Assembly: GCA_951406725.2 (NCBI GenBank)
Contig: OX597830.1
Location: 66,154,001-66,218,000 of the forward strand
Direction: 5' to 3'
Origin: Octopus vulgaris
Lineage: Eukaryota
Length of the DNA: 64,000 nt
The stretch's first letter is position 1. Every line of letters starts with the position of its first letter. The notes under the pieces are model-generated. The model searched no databases. It was given only the letters and a program-made list of their open reading frames with translations, and was not told the DNA's origin. Below, piece by piece: positions 33,055 to 46,456 of this stretch. Position numbers and translations under genes: made by a program.

Positions 33055-33588
33055 ATCTAGGTGTCTTGTTACCTCCACTCATACTTACCTGCTTCATTCA
33101 TTTCTTCTTCACACTTCATCCATGATGTGTCCATCTTAAGACCCTGTGGTAACTTTCACATTCAGTCCTTCGTGACTAGTACATCAATCAATCCTTTAAA
33201 ATTCGTCGTCTCTTCACCCTTCACTCATACTGTGACCACCTGAACAGCCTGTATTTTAGTCTTTCTTGCCCTGATGTCAATCTTCTGAAATATCCACCCA
33301 GTCGGCCTTTTTTCTTTTTCTTTTTCTTTTTTCAATCTATAGCCGTCTGTTGCAGTTATTTAAGAACATCAACCAAAAGTCAAAGATCACCTTTGAACGT
33401 AAAAGCCATGGTCACATCTTCCTCCAGAACCTGTCATTAATTGTTTTTTAAATATTTATAATCCTCACTATATTCTAAATTGATAAGAAATATATTACTT
33501 TGTAGTTTTTAACTGATCCCAGCTAAGACTGTTCTTCATCAGCCACTCCCAAGTGATAGCCGCTGCTAAAATTTCATTGGTTTGATTA

Positions 33589-34874
33589 TTAGGTTGTTTC
33601 GCAAATAATGGCCAATTTCAGAAACATAATTTTATTCTTGAAAAATTAACAATAGAAATGTTTTGATTGGTCAAAGTATGAGCCGTGAATATCTATGCAT
33701 GTCTGCCATCGACCAACGAGATTATTTATGTCTCGTTGATAAAAACGTATTGGCTTTGATGCTAAGAAATATTTGAAAGCTGATTCCACCTCTGGTTTGG
33801 ACCTGAAGGCTTTATCACTTAAAAATGTGTTTAAATGCTTTAAAAAATGGTAGTCAGTGGGTGAAAGATCAGGAGAATATGGAAGATGTGGTAAAGTCTT
33901 GTGTCCCAAGTCTGTGAGCTTCTGCAGCGTCATTCTTGCAACATATGGTTTTGCTTTATCGTGGAGCAGAATTGGGCCACGCCGATTCACCAATGCAGGT
34001 CTCATTTTTGGCAAGTGAATATGCATTGCAGCGAGTTTGTTGCTGTAAACCTCTGCTGTAATGCTCTGACTGGCTTCCAGAAAGCTGTAATGGACAACAC
34101 CAATTGCAGACCACCAGACAGTCACCATAATATTTTGCTGATGCAACTTTGGCTTTGGGAAATGTTTGGAGGACTCATCGGGATCAAGCCATTGACCTGA
34201 TCGTTTACGGTTATCATAAAGGATCCACTTTTCGTCACAAGTGACTATTAAACCAAGAAAAGGAAGATTGGTGCTTTGCAGAAAGAGCATCGAGCACACT
34301 TCAAAACGCCGAACTTTTTGATTTTCATTGAGCTCATGCGGTACCTATTTATCGAGCTTTTTCACCTTACCAATCTTCTGCAGATTGCGTGAGACCGTTG
34401 CAATACCGACACCAAGTGCCTGAGACCTTTCTCAGGCAACTTGACGAGGGTTTTGTTCAACAATTGCTTTCAATTGTTCATTGTCAAGATTGCCTGACCG
34501 CCCTCTACCTTCTTTATCTTCAAGGCTCTCGTGATCACTACGGAATTTCTGAAACCACCTTCGTAGTGTGCGATCACTTGTGGACCCCTCTTGCCATGCT
34601 CTGTTGATATGGGCAACAGTTTGAGAGGCATTGGGCCCAAGCTTGAACTCATACAAGAAAAATAAGCGAAGATCCTTTTTTTTGTCATGTTCTTAATTAA
34701 GGGTGCCTATGCTTCAAGAATGTTTTCTACCTGAAATAAGTAGAAAATTATTAAAGAGCATACATCAATTATTAGGTATATCAGAATTCACTTAAAATAT
34801 AATTAAAATACTATGATAAAATTGCGTTTCAGAACACAACACTTAGAGCGGCCATTATTTTCGGAACAACCTAA
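33589..34874 (-). mobile_element. Full-length mariner transposon (cecropia subfamily, Hsmar1-like), 1286 bp
   Basis: TA target duplication (33587-88, 34875-76); TIRs ttaggttgtttcgcaaataatggcc and ttaggttgttccgaaaaataatggcc (reverse complement of right end); encloses a transposase pseudogene. Confidence 0.95.
33646..34688 (-). pseudogene. Mariner DD34D transposase pseudogene
   Basis: YEFKLG...RRWFQKFRS...IGKVKKLDK*VPHEL...IVTCDEKWILYDN...ILLHDKAKPY...PYSPDLSPTDYHF...GSYFD. One frameshift in the A-run at 34676-34683 and in-frame stops at 34432-34434 and 34345-34347. Confidence 0.93.
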
Positions 34875-36234
34875 TATTTTACTGAATACAACTCTTTAAA
34901 CGAATGGCTTAAATATGTCGGCTTATTTCACAGTACAACAAAAGTAGGTTCATTTGACAGTAAATATGTATGTTTATTTGACAGGATGTTAATATCTTTA
35001 GAGATTATTGATTGTCTGTTTTACCAAGAGTCAATAATGAAGGAGTTTTTACATAGTCGCTTGGCCTGCTAGATAAAGTTAATAGAGGGATACATTGGAT
35101 AACAGATTCATATATGCACGGCATAAAATAAAAACGAGATGGTTATGGTTGCTATGCTATTGATCATGGATCACTCATTTAGAGCTAATACGGAGCTAAG
35201 CAACAACAATATTTAACAAAGCAAATATGATGTATGTGAAAATAGCGCGAGAAAAACAGGAGAATTATAGTTATTCTTCTAGCAATTTAACGTATCACAT
35301 TTTTTCTATTTGAAGAAAGTGTATGTGAATACCGAGGAAAAAGAAAAATAACTTCCTATAGATCTCACAATGGATGTTTCTTTTGTTGAGAACAAATGTT
35401 ATAAACGATATACCAAAGACTTACAATTCTCAACAGCTAGAGCTAGACCAGTGTTTCTCAATCCTTTTTGTCCCACGCCTATCGATTTAAAAACGAAAGA
35501 AAAAAAAATCATTCAGTGAAAACTTTATTGTAAATTCTATACACGTGTTGTTCTATTCTGAAGTGACTCATGGCTTGTCAAAGTAATCCTACGTCACAAC
35601 CCCGAGAAGCATACAACTAGACTGCCTTACCAATGACGATCAATTCCGAAGAGTAAATTTTGTATAATAGAAACAGGCAGTTTATCATTATTATTATTAT
35701 CTATTACTTAGATGTAAGCGAGTTGTTCTTGGGACACTTTGAAACTTACAAGAATCAAAGAACTTATTTCCAGAGCAGATCCCTAGCCTAAATGCTTTTA
35801 ACAAAATGTACTTTGCTAAAGATACTCAAGGTCTTAAATCCAGCGGTAGACTAAGTCTACTACCTCCAGAATTCACACATATACACAACACATTTGAAAA
35901 GAGATACTCATATAGCACAATCTTTCATACACACAAAGGCGTAGCAAGATGGGCGAGAAAGAGAAGGGCTGTCGCCTTCTCCCGGGAACAGGAGTAAAGG
36001 GGCAGAAAATTTATTTTGGCTAAAATGCTTGTTAATTAAAGTGAAGGCACGCTAAACATATTTGTCTCCAGAAATCCCTTGCTACCTTGTGCGCACTGCA
36101 TGTATACACACACACACGTCATATACATTTTCTCAAACACTACATCTTTATTTCTTTCAGGCATGCGCGTGCACGGTTTGTCTACTGATCAAAAATATGT
36201 ACTCAACGCATTTGAAGGCAAAGTGTGATATTAT

Positions 36235-36246
36235 ACACACACGCAC

Positions 36247-36323
<77 letters not shown>
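36235..36323. repeat. (CA)n microsatellite
   Basis: Direct reading. Confidence 0.95.
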
Positions 36324-36326
<3 letters not shown>

Positions 36327-36908
36327 GTACATCATAATAAAAAAAATCATCGAATCCAATCAAGTCGGGGATTATAGTTTCACATCAACAATAGTCAACA
36401 ATAATTAGTCCTTGGAGAGTTCGTAAAATTCAGCTTACGTGAGGAGTGAAAACTTTTTACGTTTCGGACTAATTTTCTTCATCAGTGAGCCGAAAGAAAC
36501 TGTTTGAGCACTGAGCTCACCAGACTCTTCGCTTAACTCCCTTTGATCAGATTTTGTAGGACAAAATCTCTGAAAGAGAATTCCGTTCCCTAATTTTTTA
36601 TTTTCGAAAATTTCTGCAGATTTTAAAGTTTTAAACATAGAAGATATTACAATTCTAAAAATGAAATGCAATCTTTTATCTTTTACTTGTTTCAGTCATT
36701 AGACTGCGGCCATACTGGGGCACCACTGTGAAGAATTTTTAGTCGAATGAATCGTCCCCAGGACTTATTTTTCTAAGCCTGATACTTATTCTATCGGTAA
36801 ATTTGTACCGAACCGCTATATTACGGGAACGTAAGCAAACCAACACGGGACGTCAAGCAGTGGTGGGGGTCAAACACAGACATAAAGACTGTCTCTCCCC
36901 ACACACAC

Positions 36909-36912
<4 letters not shown>

Positions 36913-36973
<61 letters not shown>
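36913..36973. repeat. (AAT)n microsatellite
   Basis: Direct reading; similar tracts at 30171-30207 and 30499-30548. Confidence 0.95.
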
Positions 36974-36978
<5 letters not shown>

Positions 36979-38119
36979 TGGACGGAATTTATAAATAGTT
37001 TGATGCATCGCTACGTGCGTTTCCTCAAATCACGTGTCCCTTATGATCATAGTCCGTATTCCTGGGATGATTACGGTATAGTCTGTAGTATCCTACATTA
37101 TATCAGTACAGCTCGGTGCGGCCCCAAGAAACTGGTATTGCCATTTGACATTGCTGTACCCGGCATAACAGATGGGAGCTTTTATATGCATATTCAAAAC
37201 GTTTCCCGTAAACGAACTTAAAGGATATATATATATGTAATTATAATAAGGGCAACTACTAAGTAGCGCCGCATGCTAGAAGAAGACGCCAAATAGCTCT
37301 AAAACTACCTTATTTACCACAAATGAACAAAAAGAAAAAGGATTTTTTTAAAGGTTTATCCATAAATTGATCTATTGATCTTTTTAAAATTGATCTTTTT
37401 AAAAAAATCTTTTTTGTTCATTTTGGTCGCTTTCAGCCCGTGCCTATGTGATAAATAAGGTAGTTTTAGAGCCATTTAGCGTCTTCTTCTAGCATGTGAC
37501 GCTACTTAGTATTTGCCCTTATTATAATCATATTTATAAAATTAAATATTTTGTATTAATTTTTTACCTAAATGGTTTTTTTTACATGCTAGCTACTTGA
37601 TAAAATCCTATATAGATTGTATCCTTGATTATATATATATATATATACATTGTGTGTGTGTGTGTACGACGGGCTTCTTTCAGTTTCCGTCAACCAAAGC
37701 CACTCGCAAGGCTTAGGTCAGCTCAGGGCTATAGAAGAAGATACTTTCCCAAAGTGCCACGCAGTGGAACTGAACCCGGAACCATACAGTTAGTTAGGAA
37801 ACAAACTTCTTACATCACAGCTAAAAAAATTTTTTTTTTCTTTTTTGCCACATCCACATTTTTTGCCATGTAACACCAGCAACAACAACAACAACAACAG
37901 AAATGTAATACACTGAAATATTTTATTGTAAACGTTAGGCAACATTAATTTCTTAACCCACCCGTCTCCATCCATGGGATTACATCCCAAAGGAAAAGAT
38001 CCTAAAAATCCAGAATCCAGAAGGAAAGTTGTTGCTTTTAATTGACGAACTCAACCACCACCACCATCACCACGAACCATTGTTTTAATTATCTCTGGTT
38101 TCAATTAATAAAATTTAAT

Positions 38120-38500
38120 GGCAATCTTTCGTCTCTAGTAGACCTTTCCGTCGATTTCCGTAAAAAAATATTTTTTTTTTTACATATGGGCTTGCGGGAA
38201 CTTTTGAAGTAATGAGAGCGGAAAGAGATTTTATGACGAGGGAAGTTCTTTTGAAGTTACCGTGCATGGGAAGCATTGATGGACATGTGTGTGTGTGTGT
38301 TTGATGGGGTGTGGGAGACAGACAGTATGTTGTGTAAGTGAAGTGCTTCTGTTAGTGTGTGTGAAAGAGAGAGATAACTGAATTTTTTTACTCGGTGTAT
38401 GTGTATATGTATGTATATTACTTCAAAGGTTCCCGCAAGCCCATATGTAAAAAAAAAAAAATTTTTTTACGGAAAGGTCTACTAGAGACGAAAGATCGCC
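38120..38500. mobile_element. MITE with long TIRs and 8-bp TSD (Merlin-like)
   Basis: TIRs ggcaatctttcgtctctagtagacctttccgt...gggcttgcgggaac.tttgaagtaat and its inverse; TSD aatttaat at 38112-38119 and 38501-38508; GG terminus. Confidence 0.85.
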
Positions 38501-38856
38501 AATTTAATTGTTGAAGAACAACCCTAACTCACGAGAAACTCCTAAGTTGTTGGTTCATATTTAATTAAATAAAATCCTCGCCTTTCTACCTTGTTCCTGC
38601 TAATCTTCTCGGCTCGTGATAAGCTCTATCACTCAGAACATGTCGCCTTCTATTATTGTTGCATTTTCTCCTCTGGCCGTTTCCGACTCTCTTTCTTTCT
38701 CTCTCTTTATTTAATGTACCACGACCAGACAAAACATCATTCGAGACTTTCTTTCATATATGCACGTCTCGACTCGAGTTTCGGCTTTGATTTTTTTACT
38801 TTCATGTTCTATTTGTGGGTGTGTATGAATGAGAGTGTCGAGGAAGCAGCTGGAAA

Positions 38857-39060
38857 ATGAAGAAAGAAGAATCGAATCCTCCTCCTCTGCCCGACGGGAA
38901 ACGAACCGTTTTAGACCGAGTGAACAGCGATCCCGTCGCCTGTGACCTGACCATCAGTCTGTTTGTGGCTGCCGTCCATAGTTATCGTCATGATTCTGTC
39001 CTGAGACCTTTTCCTCCGGCATTTATCAAAGAAGGTTTCGAAAAGGACAAGAAGGCCCTG
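38857..39060 (+). CDS. PARP16: PARP16 exon 1
   Basis: [68 protein letters not shown]|gtttgt. Confidence 0.9.
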
Positions 39061-42000
39061 GTTTGTATCCCTTCTTCTTCTTGTTTTCCCCCCTTTCACT
39101 AATTCCCTTCATTCCGTCTCATCCTCTGTTTCTTTCCTTATCTATTTCTCCCTCTATTTATCTATCTATCCATCTACCCATCTGATCCCCCTAATCTGTC
39201 TCTATATTTAATTTGATTGCGCCGAGGTCTCGACTTTGCCTTTCATCCTTTCGGGGGTCGATAAATTAAGTACCAGCTTCGCACTGGGGGAATCGATGTA
39301 ATTGACTTAATCCCTTTGTCTGTCCTTGTTTGTCCCCCCCTCTATGTTTAGCCCCTTGTGGGTAGTGAAGAAATATATATATTTAATTTGATTGTTGTTG
39401 TTTAGCCCCATGTCAGCCCTGGCCAGGTACGTCTTTGATCAAAGGCATTTCGCCCTTGACTCAATTTATCCCGGTACGACAGTACGGTGTGATTTGAGGG
39501 AGATTTGACTGCTATTTCAGAATAGCACAGAGACGAGCCGCTTTCGTTGGCTCGACCTTCTTTCTCTCTCCGACGAGATGCTATCATTTGTATCGTTCAT
39601 TCATTCTCTCAAACCTCGATTTTATAAATGACACCCTAATATCAATAGCATTCTTCATGGATTGGTATCGTTGTCGTCTGCTTTGACACTTAAACAATAA
39701 CAAACTTCATTACCGCATCTTTACTCATTAATAATTAAACAACTGCAATAATAATAATTATTGCTTGTAATATAGACACAAAGTCTGAAATTTAGGGCAG
39801 AATTAGTCGATTATATCGGTTTCCGGTGCTTGGCTGGTACTTTATTTTTTATCAAACCCGGGGATATGAAAAGTAAAGTTTACCTCGCCGGGTTTTGAAC
39901 TCAGTACGGAAAGAACCGGAGTAAGTTCCGCTAAGCATTTCTCCAACACTGTAACGATTCTACCAACAAATCAGCCCTGTAATAATTAAAATTTCTAACA
40001 TAGACACAAAAACACTACGTTTAGGAGAGGCGTATCGTCAATTATATTGACTTCAATACTTAACTGGCACCGGCTGACTATTATTTATCCAGCTTCATTA
40101 GAGCCCGAAGGGTGCCAAATTAGTGATTTCACCAAATTAAAGATTACAAATTAAGTGTACACTTAACCAAACAGCTAACAACTTCACTCATTAATCAGTA
40201 CAAGTTAATAATGAAACAAGAACCAGTAAATGAAAATTAAGTGAAATTTTAATAACCTTCACAAAATGCTGTTTCTAAAGTGAAGAACTAGAATTTGCAG
40301 CTAAACACGTACATGTCTTGAGGTGAAGAGCTGTTAGGATTTTTATTTTCTTCATTTTGGAGGGTACTAAGATGTCAGGAACTTATGACAATAGCAATAT
40401 ACCAATATGTTGAAGCCACTGTATTTTCAATTACATTTCTTAACCAACACCTTAAAGTTATTTTTGTGGACATGTCTTGTAAGCCGAGCTATTTCATATA
40501 TTTTGGCTTTTCTTTCCTTAGTTTATCCTACAGTATATCAACATCCATTGTTTCTTGTTCACTTATAAATTTATGTTGCTCTAGGGTCAAGACCTTTTAG
40601 CAGTTTACCTTTCAACTGAATTAATCTATGAACAGAGATACCCTTTTAGCTACATTTTCCTCATTGCTCTCTTTTCCACTAGCTTGTACATTCATCTGTG
40701 CATTTTTGTGTGTCAGTGTAATGATGAACAATACTCTTTTACTTGTTTCAGTCATTTGACTGTGGCCATGCTGGAGCCCCGCCTTTAGTTGAGCATATCG
40801 ACCCCAGGACTTATTCTTTGTAAGCCTAGTACTTATTCTGACGTAAACACACCAGCATCGGTTGTCAAGCAATGTTGGGTGGACAAACACAGATACACAA
40901 ACATATACACATATATATATATATACATATATACGACGGGTTTCTTTCAGTTTCCATCTACCAAATCCACTCACAAGGCTTTGGTCGGCCTGAGGCTATA
41001 GCAGAAGACACTTGCCCAAGATGCCACGCAGTAGGACTGAACTCGGAACTATGTGGTTCGTAAGCAAGCTACTTACCACACAGCCACTCCTTCGCCTTAT
41101 ACCTGCATCTTCATTTGCATTCATTCATTTCCCAACATTATTTTCATACATCTTTGATGCAGGACCCTTTGCAGCAGGAATAGTTAAATAATGAGCATGA
41201 AAAAAAGCTGATAGAAATATTCTGTCTTTCCTTCAAAACCCTAAATCCTGTAAAGTTATTTCCAATGTCTTCAAACATTGGAGATTTATCCCATCTATTT
41301 TGTACAGTGGGCTGAGCAGCAGAAGGGCTTCAGAGAAGAAACACCTTTCAGGCAAGTGTTTTAGCCCTTAACTTCTTATACTCTAAGGGGGCTGGGCCAC
41401 ATGCAGGTTATGGCTCCTGGGTACCCTTCTGCTGACACTTTTTAGCCACTTGAATATCAGAGACTTGTGCATTTGCCAGCGCCGCCTGGCCGATGCCAGC
41501 GCCGCCTCGACTGGCTTCCGTGCCGGTGGCACGTAAAATGCACCAATCCGATCGTGGCCGTTGCCAGCCTCGCCTGGCACCTGTGCAGGTGGCACGTAAA
41601 AAGCACCCACTACACTCACGGAGTGGTTGGCGTTAGGAAGGGCATCCAGCTGTAGAAACACTGCCAGATCAGACTAGAGCCTGGTGCAGCCTACTGGCTT
41701 CCCAGATCCCCGGTCGAACCGTCCAACCCATGCTAGCATGGAGAACAGACGTTAAACGATGATGATGATGTAACCTCTCCCTGTTGACTCGGCTTTCAAA
41801 CTTATACTTAGGGAATTTCTTAGCACTGTGCACAATAAATACATACCATCCATTTTTCAGGTATTTCTATAGACTTCTTAGCATTGACAACACAAGTAAA
41901 CCTTATTTTTTTACATTAGATTCCTTGAAAAACTCACATACTGATCTGCTAGAGTTAACTACACTCAAGAGACACTTCACATATTGGTTGCACTTTATAG

Positions 42001-42217
42001 ACTTAAAGAAACAGACTATGCCATTTTCCTGGGGTTTATTAATGATGTGCATATAGGCGCAGGAGTGCCTGTGTGGTAAGTAGTTTGCTTAGGAAGCATA
42101 TGGTTCCGGGTTCAGTCCCACTGCATGGCACCTTGGGCAGGTGTCTTCTACTATAACCTCGGGCCGACCAAAGCCTTGTGAGTGGATTTGGTTGATGGAA
42201 ACTGAAAGAAGCCTGTC

Positions 42218-42275
<58 letters not shown>

Positions 42276-42810
42276 ATATGTTTGTGTGTCTGTGTTTGTC
42301 CCCCCCCAACATCACTTGACAACCGATGCTGGTGTTGGCAATAGAGACCGATAGAATAAGTACTAGGCTCACAAAGAATAAGTCCTGGGGGTCGAGTTGC
42401 TCGACTAAAGGCGGTGCTCCAGCATGGCCGCAGTCACATGACTGAAACAAATAAAAGAGTAAAAGAGTAGATATAGAAATAACAAGTAAATAAGACAATA
42501 ACTGCAACAGCAACAACAACATCATCATAGACAATAGTTCCTTTTGAATAGAGATGATTGGTGTACTAAACGGTAACAAAAAACAACAACAAATGCTATT
42601 GAACAACAATTACTACAACTACTGAACGTCAACAGTGACTGCTGCTGCTACTACATCATCAACAAGAACAACAAATACTTATGCAAGAAGCCCTGCAAAG
42701 GTCATGAATTCCACATTCTTCTCATGATTTAAACTGTCAACTGAAAACAAATCCATTATAACTGACAACAACAATACCAACAGCAATAACAATAAAACCA
42801 TCTTCTTCAT

Positions 42811-42859
<49 letters not shown>

Positions 42860-43168
42860 TACTAGTACGTTTCAAGAGAGGACACATGAGTGGCTGTGCG
42901 GTAAGTAGCTTGCTTACCAGCCACATGGTTCCGGGTTCATTCCCACTGAATGGCACCTTGGGCAAGTGTCTTCTACTATAGCCTCGGGCCGACCAAAGCC
43001 TTGTGAAAGAAGCCTGTCGTGCCGGTGGCACGTAAAAAGCACCATCCGTCCGTGGCCGTTTGCCAGCTCCGTACTAGGCTTGCAAAGAATAAGTCCTGGG
43101 GCCAATTTCTTCGACTAAAGGCGATGGTCCTATATGGCTGCAATCAAATGATTGAAATATGTAAAAGA

Positions 43169-43210
<42 letters not shown>

Positions 43211-43779
43211 GGATATATATATGTGTGTGTATAGGTTAACCCTTTAGTATTTAATCTAGTCATAGCCAACCCAAATATTCTACCTGTATTATATTAAAAA
43301 CTGACCAGCTTCAACTTCTCACACCTACTCTACGATGTCATTCTAAAAATATACAAACGCACCTTTGAAATCTTGAAGGTACAGGATATTGAGTGAATAA
43401 TCCAAAACAATGTAAATAAATAAACAATACATTTGACAAAGAAATCTGAATGTTAAAGTGTTAAAGCATTGAGGAAAGTCAAACAGTTAGTCAAGGCAGG
43501 TCAAGGACATTTGCTTCCATTTAATTCAATCTGAAAAAAAATTTACTACACAATGGATAGTAAAAATAGTACAAACTGGTAAAGAAAGTCCCTGACAGCT
43601 ATTTCTAGGATATCCCAGCTTCTTTTTGAACAAGAGAATCACTCAGCCATGACTTCAATTGGTGTTGTTCTAACTGGAATTTTAGTGGCACACCTCTTTG
43701 AGCAGTCAAAACACATACATAAAAGATTGAGTCAACTTGACAAAAACTCCTCATAGCCTCTCTATTTCTCTTTCTCTCT

Positions 43780-43825
<46 letters not shown>

Positions 43826-45933
43826 TTTTTGAAGTGATGTCCAGTTATTGTATATTTAGAGTAATAAGGTAGTCAGAATGTTGGATGATTATTTTATTTA
43901 CACTTTTAGCGCTTTCTTCCTTTATTAGATTTATTAAAAAGTGGTTTAAAGTTAGATTTCTTAGCCTTTTTATATTTAAAAAAATTGATGGGTTTGCCAA
44001 GCAAGGGAGAAGAAAGAAGAAAAAAGTTTGAGAAAGAGGGGGTGGTAAAAAGGCGTGGTTTTTGTATTGGTATGGTCAGACTTGTTTAGTACTTAGTGAC
44101 CTTTTAGTGTAGGGAAGGAAAAATAATTTTTATATTTGAATAGGTCAAGGTCTTTGATTTGATTTTCTTCAGTAAAAATTATAATTGCATTTCATGTCTT
44201 GTTTCTTTATTCCTTTGTAGTCATTTATGTGGTGGAGGTAAAGAGGCGTGGTTTTTGTATTAGTGTGGTCAAATTTTTATAGTAGTCAAGGTTTTTAATT
44301 AAAAAAGCCAGATGTTGTTTTTGACTGTCTTCAGTAAAAATTGTACTTGCATTTCCAGGTCTTGTTTTTTTTTATTCTTTTGTATTCATTAAAAAATGGT
44401 TGTATGAATGTGGTCAACATTTTTTATTGAAATTCTAGATGTTTTTGAAAGAGCAGATTTCTATATACACTCACACAGCAATTATATATATGAAAACACA
44501 CACACCCAAAGACATGTACATGTTCATATTTTTGCACACATACATAAGTACACATTATGATTTTTTTTTTAAATAATCAATTAATATAATTAAAGATTCA
44601 TCATTGTGGTTAAATAAACTTGGAAAGTTGGGGTCATTGATTTTCGTCCAAGTATTTGTCTTTCAGACTGCAAAATGGAATTAAAAAAAAAACAGTAATA
44701 TACAATGCTATCACAATTATATTTCCAAATTCATCTATTTCTGGTTGGCTCTTTTGTTTTGTATATTTTAAAGCTCCAACCTGGAATTTTCTAAAAGAGA
44801 AAGAGAGCCAAGTACAGAAGAGGGAAAGCGGCTGTTCTTGTAGAATTTTGGAATCTAGAGTCTTTTACAAGGTCCAACAACAATGTGGTAAAAAGGTTTT
44901 AGCAATGGTTTGAGATCATCTTTAACATATATACAATCAAAATCATATAGAATTCTCATAGGTAGAATTTCAAAAATATATGTGTGTTTTTATATATATA
45001 ATTGCTGTGTGAGTGTATATATAGAACTCAAAAATCACTCTTTCAAAAACATCTAGAATTTCAATCAAAAATGTTGACCACATTCATACAACCATTCTTT
45101 AATGAATACATATGTCTCTCTCTTCTTTTACTCATCCACCCCATTCTCAGTTCTGTTGTGGTGGGCAGGTCCTCCTCAAGTGCAGAATGCACCACATATC
45201 TCAGTCCTCTATAGTCATTCCTCTCCTCAGAAAATCAGACGAAAGATAGTTATTTTATTATTTTATTCTGTGAATACAATGATGGTTTTCCATTCCAGTT
45301 ACTTCACTTTCCACCCTTTTCCCCCCAATCCTAATAATCTTCTTTAAAAATTTTTTCTGTATCTTGCAGGAACAAGCTGTAAAAGATATTCCTTCCATGG
45401 CACAGCTGGAACCATCTTTTGACAGTCTACCAGAATCAACAGTGAATTTACTTATGTGGCACTTCAACAATAAATATTTCACTCTTAAAACAAGAGACAA
45501 AAATGATGTAAGAAACCTGTTTATCTTTATTCCTACTTATTCTTCTGTTTAACCAATTCTGCAGTGAAGAAATGATAAACTTCCTCTGTGACATTTCTTC
45601 AGGTTTCTTAAACACATCACCATCATTGTCATCATCATCATAATCATCATAATCATCATCATTGTCAACATCATCATCGTCGTCGTCATCATCATCATCA
45701 TTGTCATCATGTCTATTTGACCATGCTGGTATGGGCTGGACAAGGCTTCTTAAGATAGTATTCTACAGCCGGTTATTCTTCCTGGCACCAACTCTTACTC
45801 GTTCTTACGTTAGGTGTTTTTATTTCACTGGTCTTCAAACTCTGAGTTGTCGCGTAGCACGACATATTGTTTATGTGAGGCATAAACAAATATTCAAAGC
45901 TGCTGGAATAATGTAATGCCAACACATGTGGAG

Positions 45934-45974
<41 letters not shown>

Positions 45975-46150
45975 TATACATATATATACGATGGGCTTCT
46001 TTCAGTTTCCATCTACCAAATCCACTCACAAGGCTTTGGTCGGCCCGAAGCTGTAGTAGAAAACACTCGACTAAGGTGCCACGCAGTGGGACTGAACCCA
46101 GAACCATGAGGTTGGTAAGCAAGCTACTTACCACACAGCCACTCCTGTGC

Positions 46151-46188
<38 letters not shown>

Positions 46189-46416
46189 CAATAAGAAAAT
46201 GGAGGGGATCAATAGGTGGTTCATCAACTTTTAGACATTATATATATGTAAATAAGCAACAGGTTGGTTAGCCACATACCGAAAATTTAGAAATAGCAGT
46301 CAAAGACCGCTTATTTCTATTTTCTACAAATATAACTCCACATATAACATATATATGTAACTCATATGTAAACTACCCATAAATAATTGCTGATTTTAAA
46401 ATTAATAATTATTTAC

Positions 46417-46456
<40 letters not shown>

